Below, in pieces: positions 40,401 to 54,429 of a DNA stretch of 64,000 nt (the stretch's first letter is position 1; each line of letters opens with the position of its first letter). This DNA comes from Lytechinus pictus (taxonomy: Eukaryota). A model generated the notes under the pieces. The model searched no databases, was not told the origin of the DNA, and saw only the letters and a program-made list of their open reading frames with translations. The translations under genes and the position numbers were made by a program. Location of the stretch: positions 12,774,001 through 12,838,000 of the forward strand of contig NC_087245.1 of the NCBI RefSeq assembly GCF_037042905.1, read 5' to 3'.

Positions 40401-43400
40401 CCCGTCCCCCTTTTCTGTGCACCAATGTTCACCCCTAGATCGATGAAGTGATTAATAAAGATCAATTTGGTTGATTTTCAAGACATAAAATTGTGATTTC
40501 GATTAGCGGCGAATTTATTACCAGACCAAAGTGGAATTGTTGGAATACACGTACATAATATAGCACGCCATAATAACAAGTGCCGTATTTTCGTCAATGC
40601 ACCCCCACCTTTCGGGGCATCGTAGACCCCGTCCCCCTTTTCTGTGCACCAATGTTCACCCCTAGATCGATGAAGTGATTAATAAAGATCAATTTGGTTG
40701 ATTTTCAAGACATAAAATTGTGATTTCGATTAGCGGCGAATTTATTACCAGACCAAAGTGGAATTGTTGGAATACGCGTACATAATATAGCACGCCATAA
40801 TAACAAGTGCCGTATTTTCGTCAATGCACCCCCACCTTTCGGGGCATCGTAGACCCCGTCCCCCTTTTCTGTGCACCAATGTTCACCCCTAGATCGATGA
40901 AGTGATTAATATAAAGATCAATTTGGTTGATTTTCAAGACATAAAATTGTGATTTCGATTAGCGGCGAATTTATTACCAGACCAAAGTGGAATTGATGGA
41001 ATACACGTATATAATACATATATAGCACGCGCTATTTTTTCGTCCTTGCACCCCCTACCTCTCGGGGCATCGTAGACCCCGTCCCCCTTTTCTGTGCACC
41101 AATGTTCACCCCTAGATCGATGAAGTGATTAATAAAGATCAATTTGGTTGATTTTCAAGACATAAAATTGTGATTTCGATTAGCGGCGAATTTATTACCA
41201 GACCAAAGTGGAATTGTTGGAATACACGTACATAATATAGCACGCCATAATAACAAGTGCCGTATTTTCGTCAATGCACCCCCACCTTTCGGGGCATCGT
41301 AGACCCCGTCCCCCTTTTCCGTGCACCAATGTTCACCCCTAGATCGATGTAGTGATTAATAAAGATCAATTTGGTTGATTTTCAAGACATAAAATTGTGA
41401 TTTCGATTAGCGGCGAATTTATTACCAGACCAAAGTGGAATTGATGGAATACACGTATATAATACATATATAGCACGCGCTATATTTTCGTCCTTGCACC
41501 CCCTACCTCTCGGGGCATCGTAGACCCCGTCCCCCTTTTCTGTGCACCAATGTTCACCCCTAGATCGATGAAGTGATTAATAAAGATCAATTTGGTTGAT
41601 TTTCAAGACATAAAATTGTGATTTCGATTAGCGGCGAATTTATTACCAGACCAAAGTGGAATTGTTGGAATACACGTACATAATATAGCACGCCATAATA
41701 ACAAGTGCCGTATTTTCGCCAATGCACCCCCACCTTTCGGGGCATCGTAGACCCCGTCCCCCTTTTCTGTGCACCAATGTTCACCACTAGATCGATGAAG
41801 TGATTAATAAAAATCAATTTGGTTGATTTTCAAGACATAAAATTGTGATTTCGATTAGCGGCGAATTTATTACCAGACCAAAGTGGAATTGTTGGAATAC
41901 ACGTACATAATATAGCACGCCATAATAACAAGTGCCGTATTTTCGCCAATGCACCCCCACCTTTCGGGGCATCGTAGACCCCGTCCCCCTTTTCTGTGCA
42001 CCAATGTTCACCCCTAGATCGATGAAGTGATTAATAAAGATCAATTTGGTTGATTTTCAAGACATAAAATTGTGATTTCGATTAGCGGCGAATTTATTAC
42101 CAGACCAAAGTGGAATTGTTGGAATATACACGTACATAATAATTATAGCACGCCATAATAGCAGGCGCCGTATTTTCGTCAATGCACCCCCACCTTTCGG
42201 GGCATCGTAGACCCCGTCCCCTTTTCTGTGCACCAATGTTCACCCCTAGATCGATGTAGTGATTAATAAAGATCAATTTGGTTGATTTTCAAGACATAAA
42301 ATTGTGATTTCGATTAGCGGCGAATTTATTACCAGACCAAAGTGGAATTGATGGAATACACGTATATAATACATATATAGCACGCGCTATATTTTCGTCC
42401 TTGCACCCCCTACCTCTCGGGGCATCGTAGACCCCGTCCCCCTTTTCTGTGCACCAATGTTCACCCCTAGATCGATGAAGTGATTAATAAAGATCAATTT
42501 GGTTGATTTTCAAGACATAAAATTGTGATTTCGATTAGCGGCGAATTTATTACCAGACCAAAGTGGAATTGTTGGAATACACGTACATAATATAGCACGC
42601 CATAATAACAAGTGCCGTATTTTCGTCAATGCACCCCCACCTTTCGGGGCATCGTAGACCCCGTCCCCCTTTTCTGTGCACCAATGTTCACCCCTAGATC
42701 GATGAAGTGATTAATAAAGATCAATTTGGTTGATTTTCAAGACATAAAATTGTGATTTCGATTAGCGGCGAATTTATTACCAGACCAAAGTGGAATTGTT
42801 GGAATACGCGTACATAATATAGCACGCCATAATAACAAGTGCCGTATTTTCGTCAATGCACCCCCACCTTTCGGGGCATCGTAGACCCCGTCCCCCTTTT
42901 CTGTGCACCAATGTTCACCCCTAGATCGATGAAGTGATTAATATAAAGATCAATTTGGTTGATTTTCAAGACATAAAATTGTGATTTCGATTAGCGGCGA
43001 ATTTATTACCAGACCAAAGTGGAATTGATGGAATACACGTATATAATACATATATAGCACGCGCTATTTTTTCGTCCTTGCACCCCCTACCTCTCGGGGC
43101 ATCGTAGACCCCGTCCCCCTTTTCTGTGCACCAATGTTCACCCCTAGATCGATGAAGTGATTAATAAAGATCAATTTGGTTGATTTTCAAGACATAAAAT
43201 TGTGATTTCGATTAGCGGCGAATTTATTACCAGACCAAAGTGGAATTGTTGGAATACACGTACATAATATAGCACGCCATAATAACAAGTGCCGTATTTT
43301 CGTCAATGCACCCCCACCTTTCGGGGCATCGTAGACCCCGTCCCCCTTTTCCGTGCACCAATGTTCACCCCTAGATCGATGTAGTGATTAATAAAGATCA

Positions 43401-46400
43401 ATTTGGTTGATTTTCAAGACATAAAATTGTGATTTCGATTAGCGGCGAATTTATTACCAGACCAAAGTGGAATTGATGGAATACACGTATATAATACATA
43501 TATAGCACGCGCTATATTTTCGTCCTTGCACCCCCTACCTCTCGGGGCATCGTAGACCCCGTCCCCCTTTTCTGTGCACCAATGTTCACCCCTAGATCGA
43601 TGAAGTGATTAATAAAGATCAATTTGGTTGATTTTCAAGACATAAAATTGTGATTTCGATTAGCGGCGAATTTATTACCAGACCAAAGTGGAATTGTTGG
43701 AATACACGTACATAATATAGCACGCCATAATAACAAGTGCCGTATTTTCGCCAATGCACCCCCACCTTTCGGGGCATCGTAGACCCCGTCCCCCTTTTCT
43801 GTGCACCAATGTTCACCACTAGATCGATGAAGTGATTAATAAAAATCAATTTGGTTGATTTTCAAGACATAAAATTGTGATTTCGATTAGCGGCGAATTT
43901 ATTACCAGACCAAAGTGGAATTGTTGGAATACACGTACATAATATAGCACGCCATAATAACAAGTGCCGTATTTTCGCCAATGCACCCCCACCTTTCGGG
44001 GCATCGTAGACCCCGTCCCCCTTTTCTGTGCACCAATGTTCACCCCTAGATCGATGAAGTGATTAATAAAGATCAATTTGGTTGATTTTCAAGACATAAA
44101 ATTGTGATTTCGATTAGCGGCGAATTTATTACCAGACCAAAGTGGAATTGTTGGAATATACACGTACATAATAATTATAGCACGCCATAATAGCAGGCGC
44201 CGTATTTTCGTCAATGCACCCCCACCTTTCGGGGCATCGTAGACCCCGTCCCCTTTTCTGTGCACCAATGTTCACCCCTAGATCGATGTAGTGATTAATA
44301 AAGATCAATTTGGTTGATTTTCAAGACATAAAATTGTGATTTCGATTAGCGGCGAATTTATTACCAGACCAAAGTGGAATTGATGGAATACACGTATATA
44401 ATACATATATAGCACGCGCTATATTTTCGTCCTTGCACCCCCTACCTCTCGGGGCATCGTAGACCCCGTCCCCCTTTTCTGTGCACCAATGTTCACCCCT
44501 AGATCGATGAAGTGATTAATAAAGATCAATTTGGTTGATTTTCAAGACATAAAATTGTGATTTCGATTAGCGGCGAATTTATTACCAGACCAAAGTGGAA
44601 TTGTTGGAATACACGTACATAATATAGCACGCCATAATAACAAGTGCCGTATTTTCGTCAATGCACCCCCACCTTTCGGGGCATCGTAGACCCCGTCCCC
44701 CTTTTCTGTGCACCAATGTTCACCCCTAGATCGATGAAGTGATTAATAAAGATCAATTTGGTTGATTTTCAAGACATAAAATTGTGATTTCGATTAGCGG
44801 CGAATTTATTACCAGACCAAAGTGGAATTGTTGGAATACACGTACATAATATAGCACGCCATAATAACAAGTGCCGTATTTTCGTCAATGCACCCCCACC
44901 TTTCGGGGCATCGTAGACCCCGTCCCCCTTTTCCGTGCACCAATGTTCACCCCTAGATCGATGTAGTGATTAATAAAGATCAATTTGGTTGATTTTCAAG
45001 ACATAAAATTGTGATTTCGATTAGCGGCGAATTTATTACCAGACCAAAGTGGAATTGATGGAATACACGTATATAATACATATATAGCACGCGCTATATT
45101 TTCGTCCTTGCACCCCCTACCTCTCGGGGCATCGTAGACCCCGTCCCCCTTTTCTGTGCACCAATGTTCACCCCTAGATCGATGAAGTGATTAATAAAGA
45201 TCAATTTGGTTGATTTTCAAGACATAAAATTGTGATTTCGATTAGCGGCGAATTTATTACCAGACCAAAGCGGAATTGTTGGAATACACGTACATAATAT
45301 AGCACGCCATAATAACAAGTGCCGTATTTTCATCAATGCACCCCCACCTTTCGGGGCATCGTAGACCCCGTCCCCCTTTTCCGTGCACCAATGTTCACCC
45401 CTAGATCGATGAAGTGATTACTAAAGATCAATTTGGTTGATTTTCAAGAAATAAAATCGTGATTTCGATTAGCGGCGAATTTATTACCAGACCAAAGCGG
45501 AATTGTTGGAATACACGTACATAATATAGCACGCCATAATAACAAGTGCCGTATTTTCGTCAATGCACCCCCACCTTTCGGGGCATCGTAGACCCCGTCC
45601 CCCTTTTCCGTGCACCAATGTTCACCCCTAGATCGATGAAGTGATTACTAAAGATCAATTTGGTTGATTTTCAAGAAATAAAATCGTGATTTCGATTAGC
45701 GGCGAATTTATTACCAGACCAAAGCGGAATTGTTGGAATACACGTACATAATATAGCACGCCATAATAACAAGTGCCGTATTTTCGTCAATGCACCCCCA
45801 CCTTTCGGGGCATCGTAGACCCCGTCCCCCTTTTCCGTGCACCAATGTTCACCCCTAGATCGATGAAGTGATTACTAAAGATCAATTTGGTTGATTTTCA
45901 AGAAATAAAATCGTGATTTCGATTAGCGGCGAATTTATTACCAGACCAAAGCGGAATTGTTGGAATACACGTACATAATATAGCACGCCATAATAACAAG
46001 TGCCGTATTTTCGTCAATGCACCCCCACCTTTCGGGGCATCGTAGACCCCGTCCCCCTTTTCCGTGCACCAATGTTCACCCCTAGATCGATGAAGTGATT
46101 ACTAAAGATCAATTTGGTTGATTTTCAAGAAATAAAATCGTGATTTCGATTAGCGGCGAATTTATTACCAGACCAAAGCGGAATTGTTGGAATACACGTA
46201 CATAATATAGCACGCCATAATAACAAGTGCCGTATTTTCGTCAATGCACCCCCACCTTTCGGGGCATCGTAGACCCCGTCCCCCTTTTCCGTGCACCAAT
46301 GTTCACCCCTAGATCGATGAAGTGATTACTAAAGATCAATTTGGTTGATTTTCAAGAAATAAAATCGTGATTTCGATTAGCGGCGAATTTATTACCAGAC

Positions 46401-49400
46401 CAAAGCGGAATTGTTGGAATACACGTACATAATATAGCACGCCATAATAACAAGTGCCGTATTTTCGTCAATGCACCCCCACCTTTCGGGGCATCGTAGA
46501 CCCCGTCCCCCTTTTCCGTGCACCAATGTTCACCCCTAGATCGATGAAGTGATTACTAAAGATCAATTTGGTTGATTTTCAAGAAATAAAATCGTGATTT
46601 CGATTAGCGGCGAATTTATTACCAGACCAAAGCGGAATTGTTGGAATACACGTACATAATATAGCACGCCATAATAACAAGTGCCGTATTTTCGTCAATG
46701 CACCCCCACCTTTCGGGGCATCGTAGACCCCGTCCCCCTTTTCCGTGCACCAATGTTCACCCCTAGATCGATGAAGTGATTACTAAAGATCAATTTGGTT
46801 GATTTTCAAGAAATAAAATCGTGATTTTGATTAGCGGCGAATTTATTACCAGACCAAAGCGGAATTGTTGGAATACACGTACATAATATAGCACGCCATA
46901 ATAACAAGTGCCGTATTTTCGTCAATGCACCCCCACCTTTCGGGGCATCGTAGACCCCGTCCCCCTTTTCCGTGCACCAATGTTCACCCCTAGATCGATG
47001 AAGTGATTACTAAAGATCAATTTGGTTGATTTTCAAGAAATAAAATCGTGATTTCGATTAGCGGCGAATTTATTACCAGACCAAAGCGGAATTGTTGGAA
47101 TACACGTACATAATATAGCACGCCATAATAACAAGTGCCGTATTTTCGTCAATGCACCCCCACCTTTCGGGGCATCGTAGACCCCGTCCCCCTTTTCCGT
47201 GCACCAATGTTCACCCCTAGATCGATGAAGTGATTACTAAAAATCAATTTGGTTGATTTTCAAGAAATAATATCGTGATTATGACTAGCGGCGAATTTAT
47301 TACCAGACCAAAGCGGAATTGTTGGAATACACGTACATAATATAGCACGCCATAATAACAAGTGCCGTATTTTCGTCAATGCACCCCCACCTTTCGGGGC
47401 ATCGTAGACCCCGTCCCCCTTTTCTGTGCACCAATGTTCACCCCTAGATCGATGAAGTGATTAATATAAAGATCAATTTGGTTGATTTTCAAGACATAAA
47501 ATTGTGATTTCGATTAGCGGCGAATTTATTACCAGACCAAAGTGGAATTGATGGAATACACGTATATAATACATATATAGCACGCGCTATTTTTTCGTCC
47601 TTGCACCCCCTACCTCTCGGGGCATCGTAGACCCCGTCCCCCTTTTCTGTGCACCAATGTTCACCCCTAGATCGATGAAGTGATTAATAAAGATCAATTT
47701 GGTTGATTTTCAAGACATAAAATTGTGATTTCGATTAGCGGCGAATTTATTACCAGACCAAAGTGGAATTGTTGGAATACACGTACATAATATAGCACGC
47801 CATAATAACAAGTGCCGTATTTTCGTCAATGCACCCCCACCTTTCGGGGCATCGTAGACCCCGTCCCCCTTTTCCGTGCACCAATGTTCACCCCTAGATC
47901 GATGTAGTGATTAATAAAGATCAATTTGGTTGATTTTCAAGACATAAAATTGTGATTTCGATTAGCGGCGAATTTATTACCAGACCAAAGTGGAATTGAT
48001 GGAATACACGTATATAATACATATATAGCACGCGCTATATTTTCGTCCTTGCACCCCCTACCTCTCGGGGCATCGTAGACCCCGTCCCCCTTTTCTGTGC
48101 ACCAATGTTCACCCCTAGATCGATGAAGTGATTAATAAAGATCAATTTGGTTGATTTTCAAGACATAAAATTGTGATTTCGATTAGCGGCGAATTTATTA
48201 CCAGACCAAAGTGGAATTGTTGGAATACACGTACATAATATAGCACGCCATAATAACAAGTGCCGTATTTTCGCCAATGCACCCCCACCTTTCGGGGCAT
48301 CGTAGACCCCGTCCCCCTTTTCTGTGCACCAATGTTCACCACTAGATCGATGAAGTGATTAATAAAGATCAATTTGGTTGATTTTCAAGACATAAAATTG
48401 TGATTTCGATTAGCGGCGAATTTATTACCAGACCAAAGTGGAATTGTTGGAATACACGTACATAATATAGCACGCCATAATAACAAGTGCCGTATTTTCG
48501 CCAATGCACCCCCACCTTTCGGGGCATCGTAGACCCCGTCCCCCTTTTCTGTGCACCAATGTTCACCCCTAGATCGATGAAGTGATTAATAAAGATCAAT
48601 TTGGTTGATTTTCAAGACATAAAATTGTGATTTCGATTAGCGGCGAATTTATTACCAGACCAAAGTGGAATTGTTGGAATATACACGTACATAATAATTA
48701 TAGCACGCCATAATAGCAGGCGCCGTATTTTCGTCAATGCACCCCCACCTTTCGGGGCATCGTAGACCCCGTCCCCTTTTCTGTGCACCAATGTTCACCC
48801 CTAGATCGATGTAGTGATTAATAAAGATCAATTTGGTTGATTTTCAAGACATAAAATTGTGATTTCGATTAGCGGCGAATTTATTACCAGACCAAAGTGG
48901 AATTGATGGAATACACGTATATAATACATATATAGCACGCGCTATATTTTCGTCCTTGCACCCCCTACCTCTCGGGGCATCGTAGACCCCGTCCCCCTTT
49001 TCTGTGCACCAATGTTCACCCCTAGATCGATGAAGTGATTAATAAAGATCAATTTGGTTGATTTTCAAGACATAAAATTGTGATTTCGATTAGCGGCGAA
49101 TTTATTACCAGACCAAAGTGGAATTGTTGGAATACACGTACATAATATAGCACGCCATAATAACAAGTGCCGTATTTTCGTCAATGCACCCCCACCTTTC
49201 GGGGCATCGTAGACCCCGTCCCCCTTTTCTGTGCACCAATGTTCACCCCTAGATCGATGAAGTGATTAATAAAGATCAATTTGGTTGATTTTCAAGACAT
49301 AAAATTGTGATTTCGATTAGCGGCGAATTTATTACCAGACCAAAGTGGAATTGTTGGAATACGCGTACATAATATAGCACGCCATAATAACAAGTGCCGT

Positions 49401-49628
49401 ATTTTCGTCAATGCACCCCCACCTTTCGGGGCATCGTAGACCCCGTCCCCCTTTTCTGTGCACCAATGTTCACCCCTAGATCGATGAAGTGATTAATAAA
49501 GATCAATTTGGTTGATTTTCAAGACATAAAATTGTGATTTCGATTAGCGGCGAATTTATTACCAGACCAAAGTGGAATTGTTGGAATACACGTACATAAT
49601 ATAGCACGCCATAATAACAAGTGCCGTA
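28413..49628 (+). repeat. ~227-bp satellite, forward array (~94 monomers) with 2032-bp higher-order repeat
   Basis: Tandem monomers of 221, 227, 229 and 232 bp containing GGGGCATCGTAGACCCCGTCCCCCTTTTCTGTGCACCAATG. ORF-track copies recur at 227 and 2032 bp spacing. Confidence 0.98.
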
Positions 49629-52600
49629 AGGGGGACGGGGTCTACGATGCCCCGAAAGGTGGGGGTGCATTGACGAAAATACGGCACTTGTTATTATGGC
49701 GTGCTATATTATGTACGTGTATTCCAACAATTCCGCTTTGGTCTGGTAATAAATTCGCCGCTAGTCGAAATCACGATTTTATTTCTTGAAAATCAACCAA
49801 ATTGATCTTTAGTAATCACTTCATCGATCTAGGGGTGAACATTGGTGCACGGAAAAGGGGGACGGGGTCTACGATGCCCCGAAAGGTGGGGGTGCATTGA
49901 CGAAAATACGGCACTTGTTATTATGGCGTGCTATATTATGTACGTGTATTCCAACAATTCCGCTTTGGTCTGGTAATAAATTCGCCGCTAATCGAAATCA
50001 CGATTTTATTTCTTGAAAATCAACCAAATTGATCTTTAGTAATCACTTCATCGATCTAGGGGTGAACATTGGTGCACGGAAAAGGGGGACGGGGTCTACG
50101 ATGCCCCGAAAGGTGGGGGTGCATTGACGAAAATACGGCACTTGTTATTATGGCGTGCTATATTATGTACGTGTATTCCAACAATTCCGCTTTGGTCTGG
50201 TAATAAATTCGCCGCTAATCGAAATCACGATTTTATTTCTTGAAAATCAACCAAATTGATCTTTAGTAATCACTTCATCGATCTAGGGGTGAACATTGGT
50301 GCACGGAAAAGGGGGACGGGGTCTACGATGCCCCGAAAGGTGGGGGTGCATTGACGAAAATACGGCACTTGTTATTATGGCGTGCTATATTATGTACGTG
50401 TATTCCAACAATTCCGCTTTGGTCTGGTAATAAATTCGCCGCTAATCGAAATCACGATTTTATTTCTTGAAAATCAACCAAATTGATCTTTAGTAATCAC
50501 TTCATCGATCTAGGGGTGAACATTGGTGCACGGAAAAGGGGGACGGGGTCTACGATGCCCCGAAAGGTGGGGGTGCATTGACGAAAATACGGCACTTGTT
50601 ATTATGGCGTGCTATATTATGTACGTGTATTCCAACAATTCCGCTTTGGTCTGGTAATAAATTCGCCGCTAATCGAAATCACGATTTTATTTCTTGAAAA
50701 TCAACCAAATTGATCTTTAGTAATCACTTCATCGATCTAGGGGTGAACATTGGTGCACGGAAAAGGGGGACGGGGTCTACGATGCCCCGAAAGGTGGGGG
50801 TGCATTGACGAAAATACGGCACTTGTTATTATGGCGTGCTATATTATGTACGTGTATTCCAACAATTCCGCTTTGGTCTGGTAATAAATTCGCCGCTAAT
50901 CGAAATCACGATTTTATTTCTTGAAAATCAACCAAATTGATCTTTAGTAATCACTTCATCGATCTAGGGGTGAACATTGGTGCACGGAAAAGGGGGACGG
51001 GGTCTACGATGCCCCGAAAGGTGGGGGTGCATTGACGAAAATACGGCACTTGTTATTATGGCGTGCTATATTATGTACGTGTATTCCAACAATTCCGCTT
51101 TGGTCTGGTAATAAATTCGCCGCTAATCGAAATCACGATTTTATTTCTTGAAAATCAACCAAATTGATCTTTATTAATCACTTCATCGATCTAGGGGTGA
51201 ACATTGGTGCACGGAAAAGGGGGACGGGGTCTACGATGCCCCGAAAGGTGGGGGTGCATTGACGAAAATACGGCACTTGTTATTATGGCGTGCTATATTA
51301 TGTACGTGTATTCCAACAATTCCGCTTTGGTCTGGTAATAAATTCGCCGCTAATCGAAATCACGATTTTATTTCTTGAAAATCAACCAAATTGATCTTTA
51401 GTAATCACGTCATCGATCTAGGGGTGAACATTGGTGCACGGAAAAGGGGGACGGGGTCTACGATGCCCCGAAAGGTGGGGGTGCATTGACGAAAATACGG
51501 CACTTGTTATTATGGCGTGCTATATTATGTACGTGTATTCCAACAATTCCGCTTTGGTCTGGTAATAAATTCGCCGCTAGTCGAAATCACGATTTTATTT
51601 CTTGAAAATCAACCAAATTGATCTTTAGTAATCACGTCATCGATCTAGGGGTGAACATTGGTGCACGGAAAAGGGGGACGGGGTCTACGATGCCCCGAAA
51701 GGTGGGGGTGCATTGACGAAAATACGGCACTTGTTATTATGGCGTGCTATATTATGTACGTGTATTCCAACAATTCCGCTTTGGTCTGGTAATAAATTCG
51801 CCGCTAGTCGAAATCACGATTTTATTTCTTGAAAATCAACCAAATTGATCTTTATTAATCACTTCATCGATCTAGGGGTGAACATTGGTGCACGGAAAAG
51901 GGGGACGGGGTCTACGATGCCCCGAAAGGTGGGGGTGCATTGACGAAAATACGGCACTTGTTATTATGGCGTGCTATATTATGTACGTGTATTCCAACAA
52001 TTCCGCTTTGGTCTGGTAATAAATTCGCCGCTAGTCGAAATCACGATATTATTTCTTGAAAATCAACCAAATTGATCTTTAGTAATCACTTCATCGATCT
52101 AGGGGTGAACATTGGTGCACGGAAAAGGGGGACGGGGTCTACGATGCCCCGAAAGGTGGGGGTGCATTGACGAAAATACGGCACTTGTTATTATGGCGTG
52201 CTATATTATGTACGTGTATTCCAACAATTCCGCTTTGGTCTGGTAATAATTAAATTCGCCGCTAATCGAAATCACGATTTTATTTCTTGAAAATCAACCA
52301 AATTGATCTTTAGTAATCACTTCATCGATCTAGGGGTGAACATTGGTGCACGGAAAAGGGGGACGGGGTCTACGATGCCCCGAAAGGTGGGGGTGCATTG
52401 ACGAAAATACGGCACTTGTTATTATGGCGTGCTATATTATGTACGTGTATTCCAACAATTCCGCTTTGGTCTGGTAATAAATTCGCCGCTAATCGAAATC
52501 ACGATTTTATTTCTTGAAAATCAACCAAATTGATCTTTAGTAATCACTTCATCGATCTAGGGGTGAACATTGGTGCACGGAAAAGGGGGACGGGGTCTAC

Positions 52601-53985
52601 GATGCCCCGAAAGGTGGGGGTGCATTGACGAAAATACGGCACTTGTTATTATGGCGTGCTATATTATGTACGTGTATTCCAACAATTCCGCTTTGGTCTG
52701 GTAATAAATTCGCCGCTAGTCGAAATCACGATATTATTTCTTGAAAATCAACCAAATTGATCTTTAGTAATCACTTCATCGATCTAGGGGTGAACATTGG
52801 TGCACGGAAAAGGGGGACGGGGTCTACGATGCCCCGAAAGGTGGGGGTGCATTGACGAAAATACGGCACTTGTTATTATGGCGTGCTATATTATGTACGT
52901 GTATTCCAACAATTCCGCTTTGGTCTGGTAATAAATTCGCCGCTAATCGAAATCACGATTTTATTTCTTGAAAATCAACCAAATTGATCTTTAGTAATCA
53001 CTTCATCGATCTAGGGGTGAACATTGGTGCACGGAAAAGGGGGACGGGGTCTACGATGCCCCGAAAGGTGGGGGTGCATTGACGAAAATACGGCACTTGT
53101 TATTATGGCGTGCTATATTATGTACGTGTATTCCAACAATTCCGCTTTGGTCTGGTAATAAATTCGCCGCTAGTCGAAATCACGATTTTATTTCTTGAAA
53201 ATCAACCAAATTGATCTTTAGTAATCACTTCATCGATCTAGGGGTGAACATTGGTGCACGGAAAAGGGGGACGGGGTCTACGATGCCCCGAAAGGTGGGG
53301 GTGCATTGACGAAAATACGGCACTTGTTATTATGGCGTGCTATATTATGTACGTGTATTCCAACAATTCCGCTTTGGTCTGGTAATAAATTCGCCGCTAA
53401 TCGAATTCACGATTTTATTTCTTGAAAATCAACCAAATTGATCTTTAGTAATCACGTCATCGATCTAGGGGTGAACATTGGTGCACGGAAAAGGGGGACG
53501 GGGTCTACGATGCCCCGAAAGGTGGGGGTGCATTGACGAAAATACGGCACTTGTTATTATGGCGTGCTATATTATGTACGTGTATTCCAACAATTCCGCT
53601 TTGGTCTGGTAATAAATTCGCCGCTAATCGAAATCACGATTTTATTTCTTGAAAATCAACCAAATTGATCTTTATTAATCACTTCATCGATCTAGGGGTG
53701 AACATTGGTGCACAGAAAAAGGGGACGGGGTCTACGGTGCCCCGAAATGTCGGGGTGCGTTGACGAAAATATCGCGCGCGCTATGTGTGTTCGTGTATTC
53801 CAACATTTTCGCTTTGGTGGCCGGGGGCTGGTAATAAATTAGCCGCTAATCGAAAATAACATTTTATGTCATGAAAATTAACCAGAGTTATCTTCATTAA
53901 TCACTTCATCGATTTAGGGGTGAACTTTAAATGGTGCACAAAAAAGGGGACGGCGTCTAAGATGCTCCGAAACGCAGGTAGTGCT
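49629..53985 (-). repeat. Same satellite, inverted array (~19 monomers), homogeneous 227-bp variant
   Basis: Reverse complement of the monomer. The last copies (53700-53985) are degenerate. Confidence 0.98.
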
Positions 53986-54429
53986 TCAAAGTTGTTATGT
54001 AATTTTTTCTGAGAATTTAATGTGGTCTACCCCCCCCCCCCCCTGTTCCAAGGCCCATGCGAGAGGGACTGATCCTTCATATGAAATTAATTAACTGATG
54101 CATTTTATTTAGGGAATAAGCAAAAACTATATTGATACACATAGGAAACTCAGAACACATAAACTGGTTGCATACTCCGCGCTGGAAATAAGATAGGATG
54201 GGAGGTCGGGTGTCCGGACACTTTATATTTTTGAAGCCTTCTTTTTTGTCTTTGGATTACACTAAAAATATGAATTCAATAGCTGTAATCATCTTCTGTT
54301 GTGTTCTTTATATTGTTTCCTAACATTTTGTACTAAAAATTGATGAAACTTCGATCGCTTGTAAATTTTTCAAAATGACTTTCTAAAATTGATCGTCCGG
54401 ACACACAACAACTGGGTATAGTTATTAAT

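Noticed and set aside
29850..48599. Repeated 76-aa ORFs (MIFINHFIDL...) as a tandem gene family
   Set aside because: They are one satellite monomer long, use non-ATG starts, and are open only in monomers where a single SNP removes a stop.
28413..53985. CRISPR array or 5S/tRNA/snRNA tandem gene cluster
   Set aside because: There are no unique spacers, the context is eukaryotic, and I recognise no structural RNA or Pol III box in the monomer.
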